Positions 7,807 to 16,310 of a stretch of DNA of 18,057 nt are shown here, piece after piece. Below the pieces are notes generated by a model, which worked only from the letters and a program-made list of their open reading frames with translations, did not search any database and had not been told where the DNA came from. The position numbers were made by a program, and so were the translations under genes. Every line of letters begins with the position of its first letter. Position 1 is the stretch's first letter. The stretch is from Myxococcota bacterium (GTDB lineage: Bacteria; Myxococcota; SpSt-1050), in NCBI GenBank assembly GCA_049969675.1, contig JBMFOP010000065.1, forward strand, positions 1 to 18,057, written 5' to 3'.

Positions 7807-10098
7807 ATGAATAAGGCATTACCAATTATAATTGTAATTTTTCTACTCGGGATTATTGCCTGTTCGGATTCAAAGGGAGGGATAGATCACTCAGATAGCC
7901 TCTCAACTGATATTAAGATTGTAGATGATACACTTCAGGTGGATTCTTCAACAGAAATCACGGATATAGATGGTACTGATTCTACACCCGCTGATTCTTC
8001 ATCTGATGGCTATACAGATGTATTAGTAGATGTAAATACCATGCTGGATGCAGAGTCTGATATTCAACTCTTTGATACTGTAGAGGATTCGGCTCTGGAT
8101 TCGGAACCAGTAGACACAGCAGGAGACATATCCCCTATTGATTCAATATCTGACACAATAGATGCAGCAGGTATAGATGCTACAGAGATTTCTGATATTG
8201 AAGATATCGGAAATACGATACCACCACCAAAATTGATTTTGATGACCACCACACCTTCACTTGAGACTACAATCAAGATTGGTGGGACTGCGACAGCTGG
8301 CGAGAATATCTTTATTTTTAAAAACAAGAACTGCTCTCAGAAGGCAGATACAATACTTTCCACCACAGAGTTTAATCAGAGCGGCGCTGATTTTATAGTC
8401 AGTGCAGGCAGTACCACATACTTCTCCGCATATGTAAACAAAGGGTCAAATTATTCACCCTGTTCCAATTTTGTAACCTATGTACACCATAACAACGCAT
8501 ATTGGTATATCTCATTTTTTGACGATTTTAAGGGGATGCAGAGTGGAGAAGACCCGGATTGTTATAGTATGCCCCCACAATGTATAGGTGAGTATCTGAG
8601 CGGGCTTTATGAATGTCCACAGTCTGAGATTCATAGCGGACTTGACGCGCTCAACAAATGTAACTGGACCATATTGAGGCAGCCCAACTGGATGGCAAAT
8701 GACTATGGGCCAAATAGAAATGGGACGAATGGATTCTCTCCTCTTGAGGTAAGGGTTGAGCCAGCAACTGATAACGGAGTGCTGATTCTATCTGCAAATG
8801 CATATAAATGGGATGGAAGTAAATTGAATACATCTACTCTAAGTGCGCCGGAAAAGAACTGCCTCTCACAACCACAATCCAACTGGCTACTTCATGAGAA
8901 CAACTCTCCTGATTGTAGGAATATTATTCAATACAATTGTGTGTGGCAGAATAATACCGTTATCTGTCCAATTATATCTGGTGCAGTATATAGCAAGAGA
9001 TTCAGCACATATAAAAAGGGGAACAGCACAATCCAGAAAGAGAGGGGATTTACTCAAGAATATGGGAGGTGGGAGGTAAGGGCTAAACTCCCATATGGTA
9101 GTGGATCCTTTCCTGCACACTGGTTACTTCCTCAATCAGGGAGCTGGCCCGAGAGAGGTGAGATTGACATTATGGAGGCAGATAGATATGCAAGAGATTC
9201 TTATCAGACATATCATACCGGCTATTGTGAAGGCTCTCCAGACCCATACTATCCCGATCATCAGGAATGTATAAAGAACGGTGGTCAGAGATATCATCTG
9301 GCTCAGGGAGGAAGATTGGTCTATAAAAATAACTCTTTTGCAAATGATTACCATACATTTTCAGTAGAATGGAGTAAAGATAGAATAGATTTTTATACAG
9401 ACAATATAAAAACCCTCAGTATCAGAAATGGGGATATGAATTATGGAATTTTTACTGACTATTTTAGAACCACCGGAAAGGCACGACCCTTAAACATCCC
9501 ATTTGGAGAATTCTTTATAATTCTTAATCAGACCGTGCACAACGACAGCGGCGGGAATATTGACCTCTTAAATTTTATTCCCCATATACATATCATTGAC
9601 TATGTAAAGGTATATGATTCCTGCTCATCTCCCTCCGATTTCTGCAAGGAGGGATTTTACTTTGACGGAAATGATGGGCTCTGTCACCCAATGGATAGAT
9701 CCCGGATGATTAAGTCATATCAATCTCCCTGCAAATTGAGGGTGGATCTGATACCAGAACCACAACCTCTTGATACACAGAAGTTTTATAATTGCACAAC
9801 CCCGTGTCCTTATGGTGGATGGTTTGATGGTTCAAACTGCCAGATATTTGCCTCGCCATCCAGTAGAGAGGTCTTCTTCTATCCCGATGAGACTGGAAAT
9901 CTATATTATGCTACCGACGGTTCTCAGAACGGCAATTGCACAGATACAGTAAATGGTATAACAATTCCTGTTGGCAATTACGACGGGGCAAACTGTTATC
10001 TGGATAAAACCTTACCAGAACTTTATGGAAAATATTTCAGATGGGGGAGTCCAAAACCAAATGCGTTTTATTACCAGCCATTTTGTAAATTTCAATGA
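7807..10098 (+). CDS. Glycoside hydrolase family 16 (laminarinase/beta-1,3-glucanase-like) lipoprotein
   Basis: GGAGG RBS at 7796-7800 favours ATG 7807. Lipobox IIAC; D/S/T-rich linker; GH16 motifs FFDDF, YGRWEVRAKLP, FPAHWLLP, WPERGEIDIME (catalytic ExDxxE), YHTFSVEW, IDYVKVY. Confidence 0.9.
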   Translation: MNKALPIIIVIFLLGIIACSDSKGGIDHSDSLSTDIKIVDDTLQVDSSTEITDIDGTDSTPADSSSDGYTDVLVDVNTMLDAESDIQLFDTVEDSALDSEPVDTAGDISPIDSISDTIDAAGIDATEISDIEDIGNTIPPPKLILMTTTPSLETTIKIGGTATAGENIFIFKNKNCSQKADTILSTTEFNQSGADFIVSAGSTTYFSAYVNKGSNYSPCSNFVTYVHHNNAYWYISFFDDFKGMQSGEDPDCYSMPPQCIGEYLSGLYECPQSEIHSGLDALNKCNWTILRQPNWMANDYGPNRNGTNGFSPLEVRVEPATDNGVLILSANAYKWDGSKLNTSTLSAPEKNCLSQPQSNWLLHENNSPDCRNIIQYNCVWQNNTVICPIISGAVYSKRFSTYKKGNSTIQKERGFTQEYGRWEVRAKLPYGSGSFPAHWLLPQSGSWPERGEIDIMEADRYARDSYQTYHTGYCEGSPDPYYPDHQECIKNGGQRYHLAQGGRLVYKNNSFANDYHTFSVEWSKDRIDFYTDNIKTLSIRNGDMNYGIFTDYFRTTGKARPLNIPFGEFFIILNQTVHNDSGGNIDLLNFIPHIHIIDYVKVYDSCSSPSDFCKEGFYFDGNDGLCHPMDRSRMIKSYQSPCKLRVDLIPEPQPLDTQKFYNCTTPCPYGGWFDGSNCQIFASPSSREVFFYPDETGNLYYATDGSQNGNCTDTVNGITIPVGNYDGANCYLDKTLPELYGKYFRWGSPKPNAFYYQPFCKFQ

Positions 10099-10117
10099 CT
10101 GAATGGTGGAGGTAAAG

Positions 10118-10537
10118 ATGTATGAACCCAGAAAGTTTGAGGATATAAAGATAGGAGAGAAGGCCAGTATAAGCAGGAGTTATTCAGAGGAGGATGTGGA
10201 GCTCTTTGTTCAGGTGAGTCAGGACCATAATCCTATCCATTCATCTGAATATTACGCAAAGACCACCCGATTTAAGAGGAGGATTGTCCCTGGACTGCTT
10301 ACAGCCTCTATGATTTCTGGAGTTCTGGGGACAAAACTCCCCGGCTACGGTACAATCTATGTGGCTCAGGAGCTCAAATTTTTACTTCCTGTCTACTTTG
10401 GAGATAATCTGACCTGTGAGGTAGAGGTGATTGAGAAGATTGAGGCAAAAAGGATAATCATTCTTGATACAAAAATTGTAAATCAGGATAGTGCGGTAGT
10501 AATATCCGGTAAGGCTACAGTAATGCTGGAATCATAA
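10118..10537 (+). CDS. MaoC-family dehydratase ((R)-specific enoyl-CoA hydratase-like)
   Basis: SQDHNPIH hydratase motif, RIVPGLL, LGTKLPGYGTIYVAQELKFLLPVYFGD; GGAGG at 10108-10112 favours ATG 10118. Confidence 0.92.
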   Translation: MYEPRKFEDIKIGEKASISRSYSEEDVELFVQVSQDHNPIHSSEYYAKTTRFKRRIVPGLLTASMISGVLGTKLPGYGTIYVAQELKFLLPVYFGDNLTCEVEVIEKIEAKRIIILDTKIVNQDSAVVISGKATVMLES

Positions 10538-10637
10538 AGAGATAATTCCAGCCCCTCTTAATTTTTATCTCATAAACCATCCCCTTCGGCTAATCTTCAT
10601 AATTATAGAAATCTCCTTAAAAACGAATATATAAAAT

Positions 10638-10696
10638 CACTGCTGCCCAGAATAATCTGATTAGAGAAGTTAACTATTTATAAAATTAGGCTTTTG
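10638..10696 (+). repeat. Dispersed repeat family 1, copy B
   Basis: CACTGCTGCCCAGAATAATCTGATTAGAGAAGTTAA...; 34/36 identical to 17976-18011 and 48/59 to 7061-7119. Confidence 0.9.
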
Positions 10697-10830
10697 TCTT
10701 AAAATCCCATAATTTTAATAATAACTATGTTGTTATGGGAATGTTAATGTTATATTTTTGATATAGAACTCTTTGCTTTTTTGTTAGCAGGAGTATTTAA
10801 ATAGCGTAATTTCTTCGTAAAATGCACTAT

Positions 10831-10871
10831 AGCTTTTTCAAGTATTTTGGTTTCGACTATGCCGAATTAGG
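10831..10871 (-). repeat. Dispersed repeat family 2 (possible IS1380-like terminal sequence)
   Basis: Reverse complement CCTAATTCGGCATAGTCGAAACCAAAATACTTGAAAAAGCT is 34/41 identical, ungapped, to 18014-18054. Confidence 0.8.
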
Positions 10872-12183
10872 TGATAGAGATATTTACATTATCCAGACTG
10901 CTGACCACATAATATCTCATCAATCTTATGAATAGATGTAATATAAATGGGTCAAATTTTGGAGCCATCTCTTTTACCATTATCCTGAGAGCATCCTGAA
11001 CGGTGTATGCCTTTCTCCACGGTCTATTACTTGTAAGGGCATCATATATGTGTGATATTGAAAGGATTCTGCTATAAATCCCTATCGGGGATCTGGAGAC
11101 CCTTTGTGGATTCTTATATGCCTCTTCAGGATTCTTGAGACTTTTTGCAAAGTCCATATTGTATTCAGAGATTGCGATTATCCTCTCCATCAGATTTTTA
11201 TCCAGCCTCCTCGCCCTCAAAAGGAGTTTTATTGTATAGAGAGGGATCTTTGAGACCTCCAGCCTCTCAACAGGGGTAAGAGCCCCTTTTTTGTTCAGGA
11301 TTGCATCGCTGATTTTGATCTTTCCTATATCGTGTATAAAACCTAACATTGCACAATCTGTAAGCTGCTCCTTATTGAGCCCCAGTTCAACGCCTATAAT
11401 TATATTCATCATCGCCGTATTTACAGAATGATAGTATAAATAATCTTCCTCACTTTTAACCGTTGAAATCCCTATGAAACTCTGAGAGTCATTCTTTGAA
11501 AGTTCTACCAGGTCTCTTATCATCCTGATGCCCTGATTAAGCTGGACTGGACTCCCCTTCCCTCTCAGGAATTCAAAATAACTTTTTACAAACTGCACTG
11601 ACCTTGCATAAACTACCATACTATATTTTTTTCTATCTATCTTGACATCCTCCACCTCTGCAGCCTCCATACCCGATAAGAGCTCTTTTATCTTCTTATA
11701 TTTTGACATCTTGATTGAGACTAATTTGTGGGATTGCGAACCTTCTTCTGATATCTCATCCTTTACATTTTTTGAGAATATAAAGAGAAAGTTCTTCAGT
11801 TCCTCAACGGTGACCGGCTTTTCAACTACAAATCCACCCAGATCCCTCGCCTTCATCTCCTCAGATACGAATTTTAGATTCTCAATGGTGGAGATATCCA
11901 GTTTGATAAAGCCATTGTTCAGATATACCACACTCTCACTCAAAATGAGATTTAATGAGCCGTCTTTATTTATTATAAAATTTATAATGTCCCTTAATTG
12001 TGTAAGCGGTTTTTCAAATATAGCGTTATCAGGGTCATGAATCTTCACAGTTCTGATAAGCATATAGAGCAGTGTCAGAAGTTGTTTGCCATATTGCTGA
12101 ATCTTTGCATCAGCCTCTTTGGGTCCCTGCCCCTGTTTCTGTGGGGGGGTGGAGAACTGTTTTGGGTCAATATAATCTGCCAT
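10867..12183 (-). CDS. HD-GYP-like domain protein (degenerate)
   Basis: YLYYHSVNTA, IHDIGK, LNKKGALT, YDALTSNRPWRKA and FDPFIL are HD-GYP hallmarks; the HHE and GYP motifs are absent. Confidence 0.88.
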   Translation of the reverse strand: MADYIDPKQFSTPPQKQGQGPKEADAKIQQYGKQLLTLLYMLIRTVKIHDPDNAIFEKPLTQLRDIINFIINKDGSLNLILSESVVYLNNGFIKLDISTIENLKFVSEEMKARDLGGFVVEKPVTVEELKNFLFIFSKNVKDEISEEGSQSHKLVSIKMSKYKKIKELLSGMEAAEVEDVKIDRKKYSMVVYARSVQFVKSYFEFLRGKGSPVQLNQGIRMIRDLVELSKNDSQSFIGISTVKSEEDYLYYHSVNTAMMNIIIGVELGLNKEQLTDCAMLGFIHDIGKIKISDAILNKKGALTPVERLEVSKIPLYTIKLLLRARRLDKNLMERIIAISEYNMDFAKSLKNPEEAYKNPQRVSRSPIGIYSRILSISHIYDALTSNRPWRKAYTVQDALRIMVKEMAPKFDPFILHLFIRLMRYYVVSSLDNVNISIT

Positions 12184-13974
12184 CTATCTCCCCTGAAGTC
12201 TTTTCTTAATTAAATCAGCTGCAACAGCGATCTCCTTCCTGATTGTATCACTTGAGTTCTCGTTCTGCTGTTCTTTTATCAGATATTGATAAGTTATAAC
12301 AGAAGGAGAGCTGCTCAACGCCTTTATTGCCATCCTCTTCTTCTCCTCAACCTTCCCTTTTGTAAATAATGTACCCCTTTCATTGAATATTGAATCAAAG
12401 AAGATCTCCACCTGAGGTAGTTCAATCAGGTCTGCAAGTTTTGAAAGGAGCACCAATCTCTGTGCTTCATCAATCTTAAACTCATCATCAAGGAGCATCT
12501 TGAGGATGATATTTGCCTGTGAATCCTCATTTAAGAGATGTATGACTTTAAGAACTATATCTTTCCCGGTGGACTTATTTGCATCAAGGTATTGTAAAAT
12601 CTCCTTCTCTGCCCTCTCAGTCCCCTCGGAGGCTATGACCTCCAAAGATTTAATGACGATCTGTGGAACCTGTGAATTTAAGAGAGGTTTGACGGCTTCA
12701 AATCTGCCCTCAAAGTTGATATCTTTGATTACATCAAGTGCGGCTGTAACGAGGTTCAACTTCTTTGAATTCAGAAGATCTATCCAGATGGTCTCAAAGT
12801 GCGGTCTTGGATTCTTTAAGATATCAAGGATAAGATTTATATTCTCCTGAATCTCTATCTGTTCAATGTATTTTGGTATTTTTGTATATGTGTTCTCATT
12901 AAATTGGTCTAAAACTATCTTTAAGGCTCCTATATTATCCACCCTTTTTGTCCTCAGGATTTGAAATACCCTCTCAGTACGAATATCGGCATTGATCTCC
13001 TGTTGCAATCTGAGTCTGAGTTGTAATATCCTGTCACGGATACTTTGAGGTAGAGTCATATTGATTGATTCTTTCTCAATCTCTAAGAAGAAGTCCGAAA
13101 GCTTTGAGATGTCATCAAGCAGCAGGATGTAATCAAGGATGAGCGTGTAGTTCTCAAGGATATCCTGAAATTCAATGTCGTTTATATCAGATTTCAGGAT
13201 TGCAAGAAGTATCTTCTTTATTCTGTTTATTCTTGTAAATTCATTCTCACTAAGAAAAAATTCCTGTATTATCTCTTTGTCCTCCTCCGACACCAGTTCG
13301 GGCTTCTTCTTAAGTCCTTTAATTTGCTGCACCGATTCAAGTTCCATCCCTATGTCTGCGGCAGATAACCTTGCAAATCCTATAGCCTCATTTGATGTAG
13401 AGGATAATTTTTGCTCAAGAAAATTTACTATGGTCTCCATCTCAACCTTCTCTGTCTCGTTCTCTGTAGAATCAGAATCCGCAAGAAAGACCCCACCTTC
13501 TATAACTGTGAGTTCAATATTTTCAAGATTTGCGAGCCAGAGTTGTGAGACGGTATCTTCTGCCTGCTTTGAGACCTGAGACAGTCCGGAGACAATCAAT
13601 AGGAATTGTAAAAACTCGTTCAGTGTCAGCCCCTGCTTGAAGGTAATTCTCCTGACCCCATCCCTGAAAAATCTGTAAGATATATTGCTATACTGATCAG
13701 TGTCTTTATATACCTCGGCATTTAAAAATTTGAATGAAAACGGTTCTACTTTTATAACAAGTGTCCCGTTCTGTTGTAAAAATTTTTCAAGCAATCTATA
13801 GGCGGGCTCTACAAATTCGGCAAATCTATCCTTATTATGCTTATAAATTGCGATGGTTTTAATGGATTTTACAATGTTGTGGAATATCTCTTCAACGAGA
13901 GGTATCCTCCTATCGTCTTCACTGCTCCTGTCAGTCTTTGTCTCTAAATCTCTTTTTTTAATCTCATCATTCAT
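12184..13974 (-). CDS. HEAT/ARM-repeat-containing protein
   Basis: 596-aa ORF; helical C-terminal repeats (LLNSKKLNLVTAALDVI, LLNSQVPQIVIKSLEVI); its TAG directly abuts the HD-GYP ATG. Confidence 0.75.
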   Translation of the reverse strand: MNDEIKKRDLETKTDRSSEDDRRIPLVEEIFHNIVKSIKTIAIYKHNKDRFAEFVEPAYRLLEKFLQQNGTLVIKVEPFSFKFLNAEVYKDTDQYSNISYRFFRDGVRRITFKQGLTLNEFLQFLLIVSGLSQVSKQAEDTVSQLWLANLENIELTVIEGGVFLADSDSTENETEKVEMETIVNFLEQKLSSTSNEAIGFARLSAADIGMELESVQQIKGLKKKPELVSEEDKEIIQEFFLSENEFTRINRIKKILLAILKSDINDIEFQDILENYTLILDYILLLDDISKLSDFFLEIEKESINMTLPQSIRDRILQLRLRLQQEINADIRTERVFQILRTKRVDNIGALKIVLDQFNENTYTKIPKYIEQIEIQENINLILDILKNPRPHFETIWIDLLNSKKLNLVTAALDVIKDINFEGRFEAVKPLLNSQVPQIVIKSLEVIASEGTERAEKEILQYLDANKSTGKDIVLKVIHLLNEDSQANIILKMLLDDEFKIDEAQRLVLLSKLADLIELPQVEIFFDSIFNERGTLFTKGKVEEKKRMAIKALSSSPSVITYQYLIKEQQNENSSDTIRKEIAVAADLIKKRLQGR

Positions 13975-14138
13975 AAGAGAACCTTTTTGTAGTATATATC
14001 ACAGCGTAAAGATAATTTCAAATTTTTGGCAGATAAAAACATGACCTATAAATTCTGAATAGGTTCCTAAGAGGTGATGGAAGAAGATAACAGGCTTGTA
14101 TTTATTTATTTGTTAAGGAGTTGTGAAAAAGTTTGGTA

Positions 14139-14167
14139 TTGACATTGTTTGTTTGAATAATTATTAT
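14139..14167 (+). promoter_or_regulatory. Sigma70-type promoter of iscS
   Basis: TTGACA (14139-14144), 17-nt spacer, TATTAT (14162-14167); AAGGAG RBS further downstream. Confidence 0.7.
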
Positions 14168-14205
14168 TTATCACAGTATCTTTCAGAAAGGAGAGATAAA
14201 TACTT

Positions 14206-15438
14206 ATGGAACCCAAAATATATTTTGATAATAACGCCACAACACCGATCAGGAGAGAGGTGTATGAGAAGATGATTCCATATCTAACAGAGCACTTCGG
14301 GAATCCGAGCTCTGTCCACTGGGCTGGAAGAACCGTTGATAATGCCATTGAAGAGGCTCGTGGGTATGTAGCAAAACTAATTAATGCATCTGATAAAGAT
14401 ATTGTCTTTACAGCAGGTGGTTCTGAATCTGACAATCACGCGATCAAAGGGGTATTCTTTGCCAATAAGCAGAAGGGGAGACATATAATTACAACAAAGG
14501 TAGAACATCCCGCAGTCCTTGAGACAGTTAAGGATTTGAAGAAGTTTGGTGCCGATATAACATTTTTAGATGTGGATGAATATGGTGAATTGAATCTCTC
14601 TGAGCTTGAAAAATCTATAAGACCCGATACAATCCTTGTAACTGTTATGTATGCCAATAATGAGACCGGCGTAATCTTCCCCATCAAAGAGATTGTAAGG
14701 ATTGTAAAGAGGAAGAATCCAGATACTATTGTTCATACCGATGCAGTTCAGGCAGCCGGTAAAGAGAAGATTGATGTAATAGACCTTGGAGTAGATCTAC
14801 TCTCCATCTCCGGACACAAATTATATGCACCAAAGGGGGTCGGTGCTCTTTATATAAAGAGGGGGCTCAGAATTGAGAGGCTTATCTCTGGCGGACATCA
14901 GGAGCGAAACAGGAGGGCGGGGACTGAGAATGTAGCATCAATAGTTGCCTTTGGTGAGGCGGCGAGGCTTGCAGCCAATGAGATTGATGAGGAGAAGAGG
15001 AGACTCTCATATTTAAGAGATAAACTGGAGAATGCAATTCTTGAAAAGATTCCTTATGTAAAACTCAATGGACATAAAGAGCATAGACTCTGCAATACAA
15101 CAAATCTGTCATTTAAATATATTGAGGGAGAAGGTATCTTATTATCACTTGATATGGTTGGGATTGCGGCTTCATCGGGTTCAGCCTGCACCAGCGGCTC
15201 CCTTGACCCATCCCATGTCCTTCTGGCAATGGGTCTGGACCACGAGACTGCACACGGCTCTGTTAGAATCTCGCTCGGTAGATTCAATACGGAGGAAGAG
15301 GTTGATTATATGATAAAGGAATTACCACCTATAATTGAAAGATTGAGAAAGATGTCTCCACTGTATAATAGAAGGCCTGATGAACCAGAGCCTTTTAAGG
15401 TAGAGGCCTGCCATAACCATGACCATGGGGAGGAATAA
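14206..15438 (+). CDS. iscS: Cysteine desulfurase, group I (IscS/NifS)
   Basis: IYFDNNATTP, FGNPSS, HTDAVQA, PLP lysine SGHK, RAGTEN, catalytic SSGSACTS loop. Confidence 0.93.
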   Translation: MEPKIYFDNNATTPIRREVYEKMIPYLTEHFGNPSSVHWAGRTVDNAIEEARGYVAKLINASDKDIVFTAGGSESDNHAIKGVFFANKQKGRHIITTKVEHPAVLETVKDLKKFGADITFLDVDEYGELNLSELEKSIRPDTILVTVMYANNETGVIFPIKEIVRIVKRKNPDTIVHTDAVQAAGKEKIDVIDLGVDLLSISGHKLYAPKGVGALYIKRGLRIERLISGGHQERNRRAGTENVASIVAFGEAARLAANEIDEEKRRLSYLRDKLENAILEKIPYVKLNGHKEHRLCNTTNLSFKYIEGEGILLSLDMVGIAASSGSACTSGSLDPSHVLLAMGLDHETAHGSVRISLGRFNTEEEVDYMIKELPPIIERLRKMSPLYNRRPDEPEPFKVEACHNHDHGEE

Positions 15439-15647
15439 TGCCAAACCAGAAGTGCACAAGAAGTTCCCAGAGAAAAGTTAAATGCGTAAAATGTCTCTCT
15501 CTGGTTGATGAACTACTCAAACAGGGAGATATCAGCGAGGATGAGGCAGAGAGATTAAAGAGAATAAAGAAGACACTTGAGAAGGGGAATGTCATTAGTG
15601 AATCTCAGGTAAAATATATATATGGCCTGTGGGAACGATATCAATAA
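15438..15647 (+). CDS. Small hypothetical protein with CxxC motif
   Basis: ATG overlaps the iscS stop (TAATG), preceded by GGGGAGG; 69 aa with CVKC and a helical C-terminus; fills the gap before the sigma gene. Confidence 0.65.
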   Translation: MPNQKCTRSSQRKVKCVKCLSLVDELLKQGDISEDEAERLKRIKKTLEKGNVISESQVKYIYGLWERYQ

Positions 15648-15659
15648 AGTTTCATAACT

Positions 15660-15684
15660 GGAATAAATTTTGTATCTTTCTGTT
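15660..15684 (+). promoter_or_regulatory. Candidate ECF (SigR/SigH-type) autoregulatory promoter
   Basis: GGAAT (15660-15664), 17-nt spacer, GTT (15682-15684), just upstream of the ECF sigma gene. Confidence 0.4.
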
Positions 15685-15692
15685 TTATATTT

Positions 15693-16310
15693 GTGATGAG
15701 AGTGAGTAAGAAGAGAGAGATTATTAAGGCAGAATTTCTAAAATACTTAAAGGATGTGTATAATCTATCACTGTACCTGACCCGCAATACAGATGAAGCG
15801 GAAGACCTCACACAGGAGACATTTATGCGGGCACTTGAATATATAGACTCCTACACCCCAAATACAAATGCCAAGGCATATCTCTTTAGAATAGCCACCA
15901 GTATATTTTACAATAATCTGAGCAAGAACAATACAGAACAGAGCCGAATTGAGTTCAGGGGATTCTGTGAAGATGATGGCTCGGAGGTGATAGGGCGAGA
16001 CCTCTCACAGGTTGAGGATGAAGAGGAGAAGTTTATTAAGGAGTATTCTTCCCGCGAGATAGAGAGACTCCTTCTAAATTTATCCTTTGAACATAGAACC
16101 ATTCTAATGCTTGCTGATATTGAGGAGTTCTCTTATGAAGAGATATCCCGAATACTCAATATACCTATAGGTACTGTTATGAGCAGACTCAACAGAGCCA
16201 GAAGTGCCTTTAAGAAGGAGCTCTTAAGACGGCTGGAGATAATAGAGAAGGAATCAAATGGTGAAATGGTGTTAAAAATTGATTCTTTAAAGGATCGGGT
16301 GAATAACTGA
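15693..16310 (+). CDS. ECF RNA polymerase sigma factor (SigR/SigH-like)
   Basis: Region 2 LTRNTDEAEDLTQETFMRA...TNAKAYLFRI; region 4 LADIEEFSYEEISRILNIPIGTVMSRLNRAR. Exact start uncertain (GTG 15693 or ATG 15696). Confidence 0.93.
   Translation: MMRVSKKREIIKAEFLKYLKDVYNLSLYLTRNTDEAEDLTQETFMRALEYIDSYTPNTNAKAYLFRIATSIFYNNLSKNNTEQSRIEFRGFCEDDGSEVIGRDLSQVEDEEEKFIKEYSSREIERLLLNLSFEHRTILMLADIEEFSYEEISRILNIPIGTVMSRLNRARSAFKKELLRRLEIIEKESNGEMVLKIDSLKDRVNN

Noticed and set aside
10638..10673. 36-bp repeat as a CRISPR repeat or integron attC site
   Set aside because: Copies are kilobases apart and flank housekeeping genes; no RYYYAAC...GTTRRRY paired ends and no integrase.
11642..13579. Several + strand ORFs of 70-135 aa
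   Set aside because: Antisense shadows of the HD-GYP and HEAT genes with Ser/Phe/Ile-biased composition.
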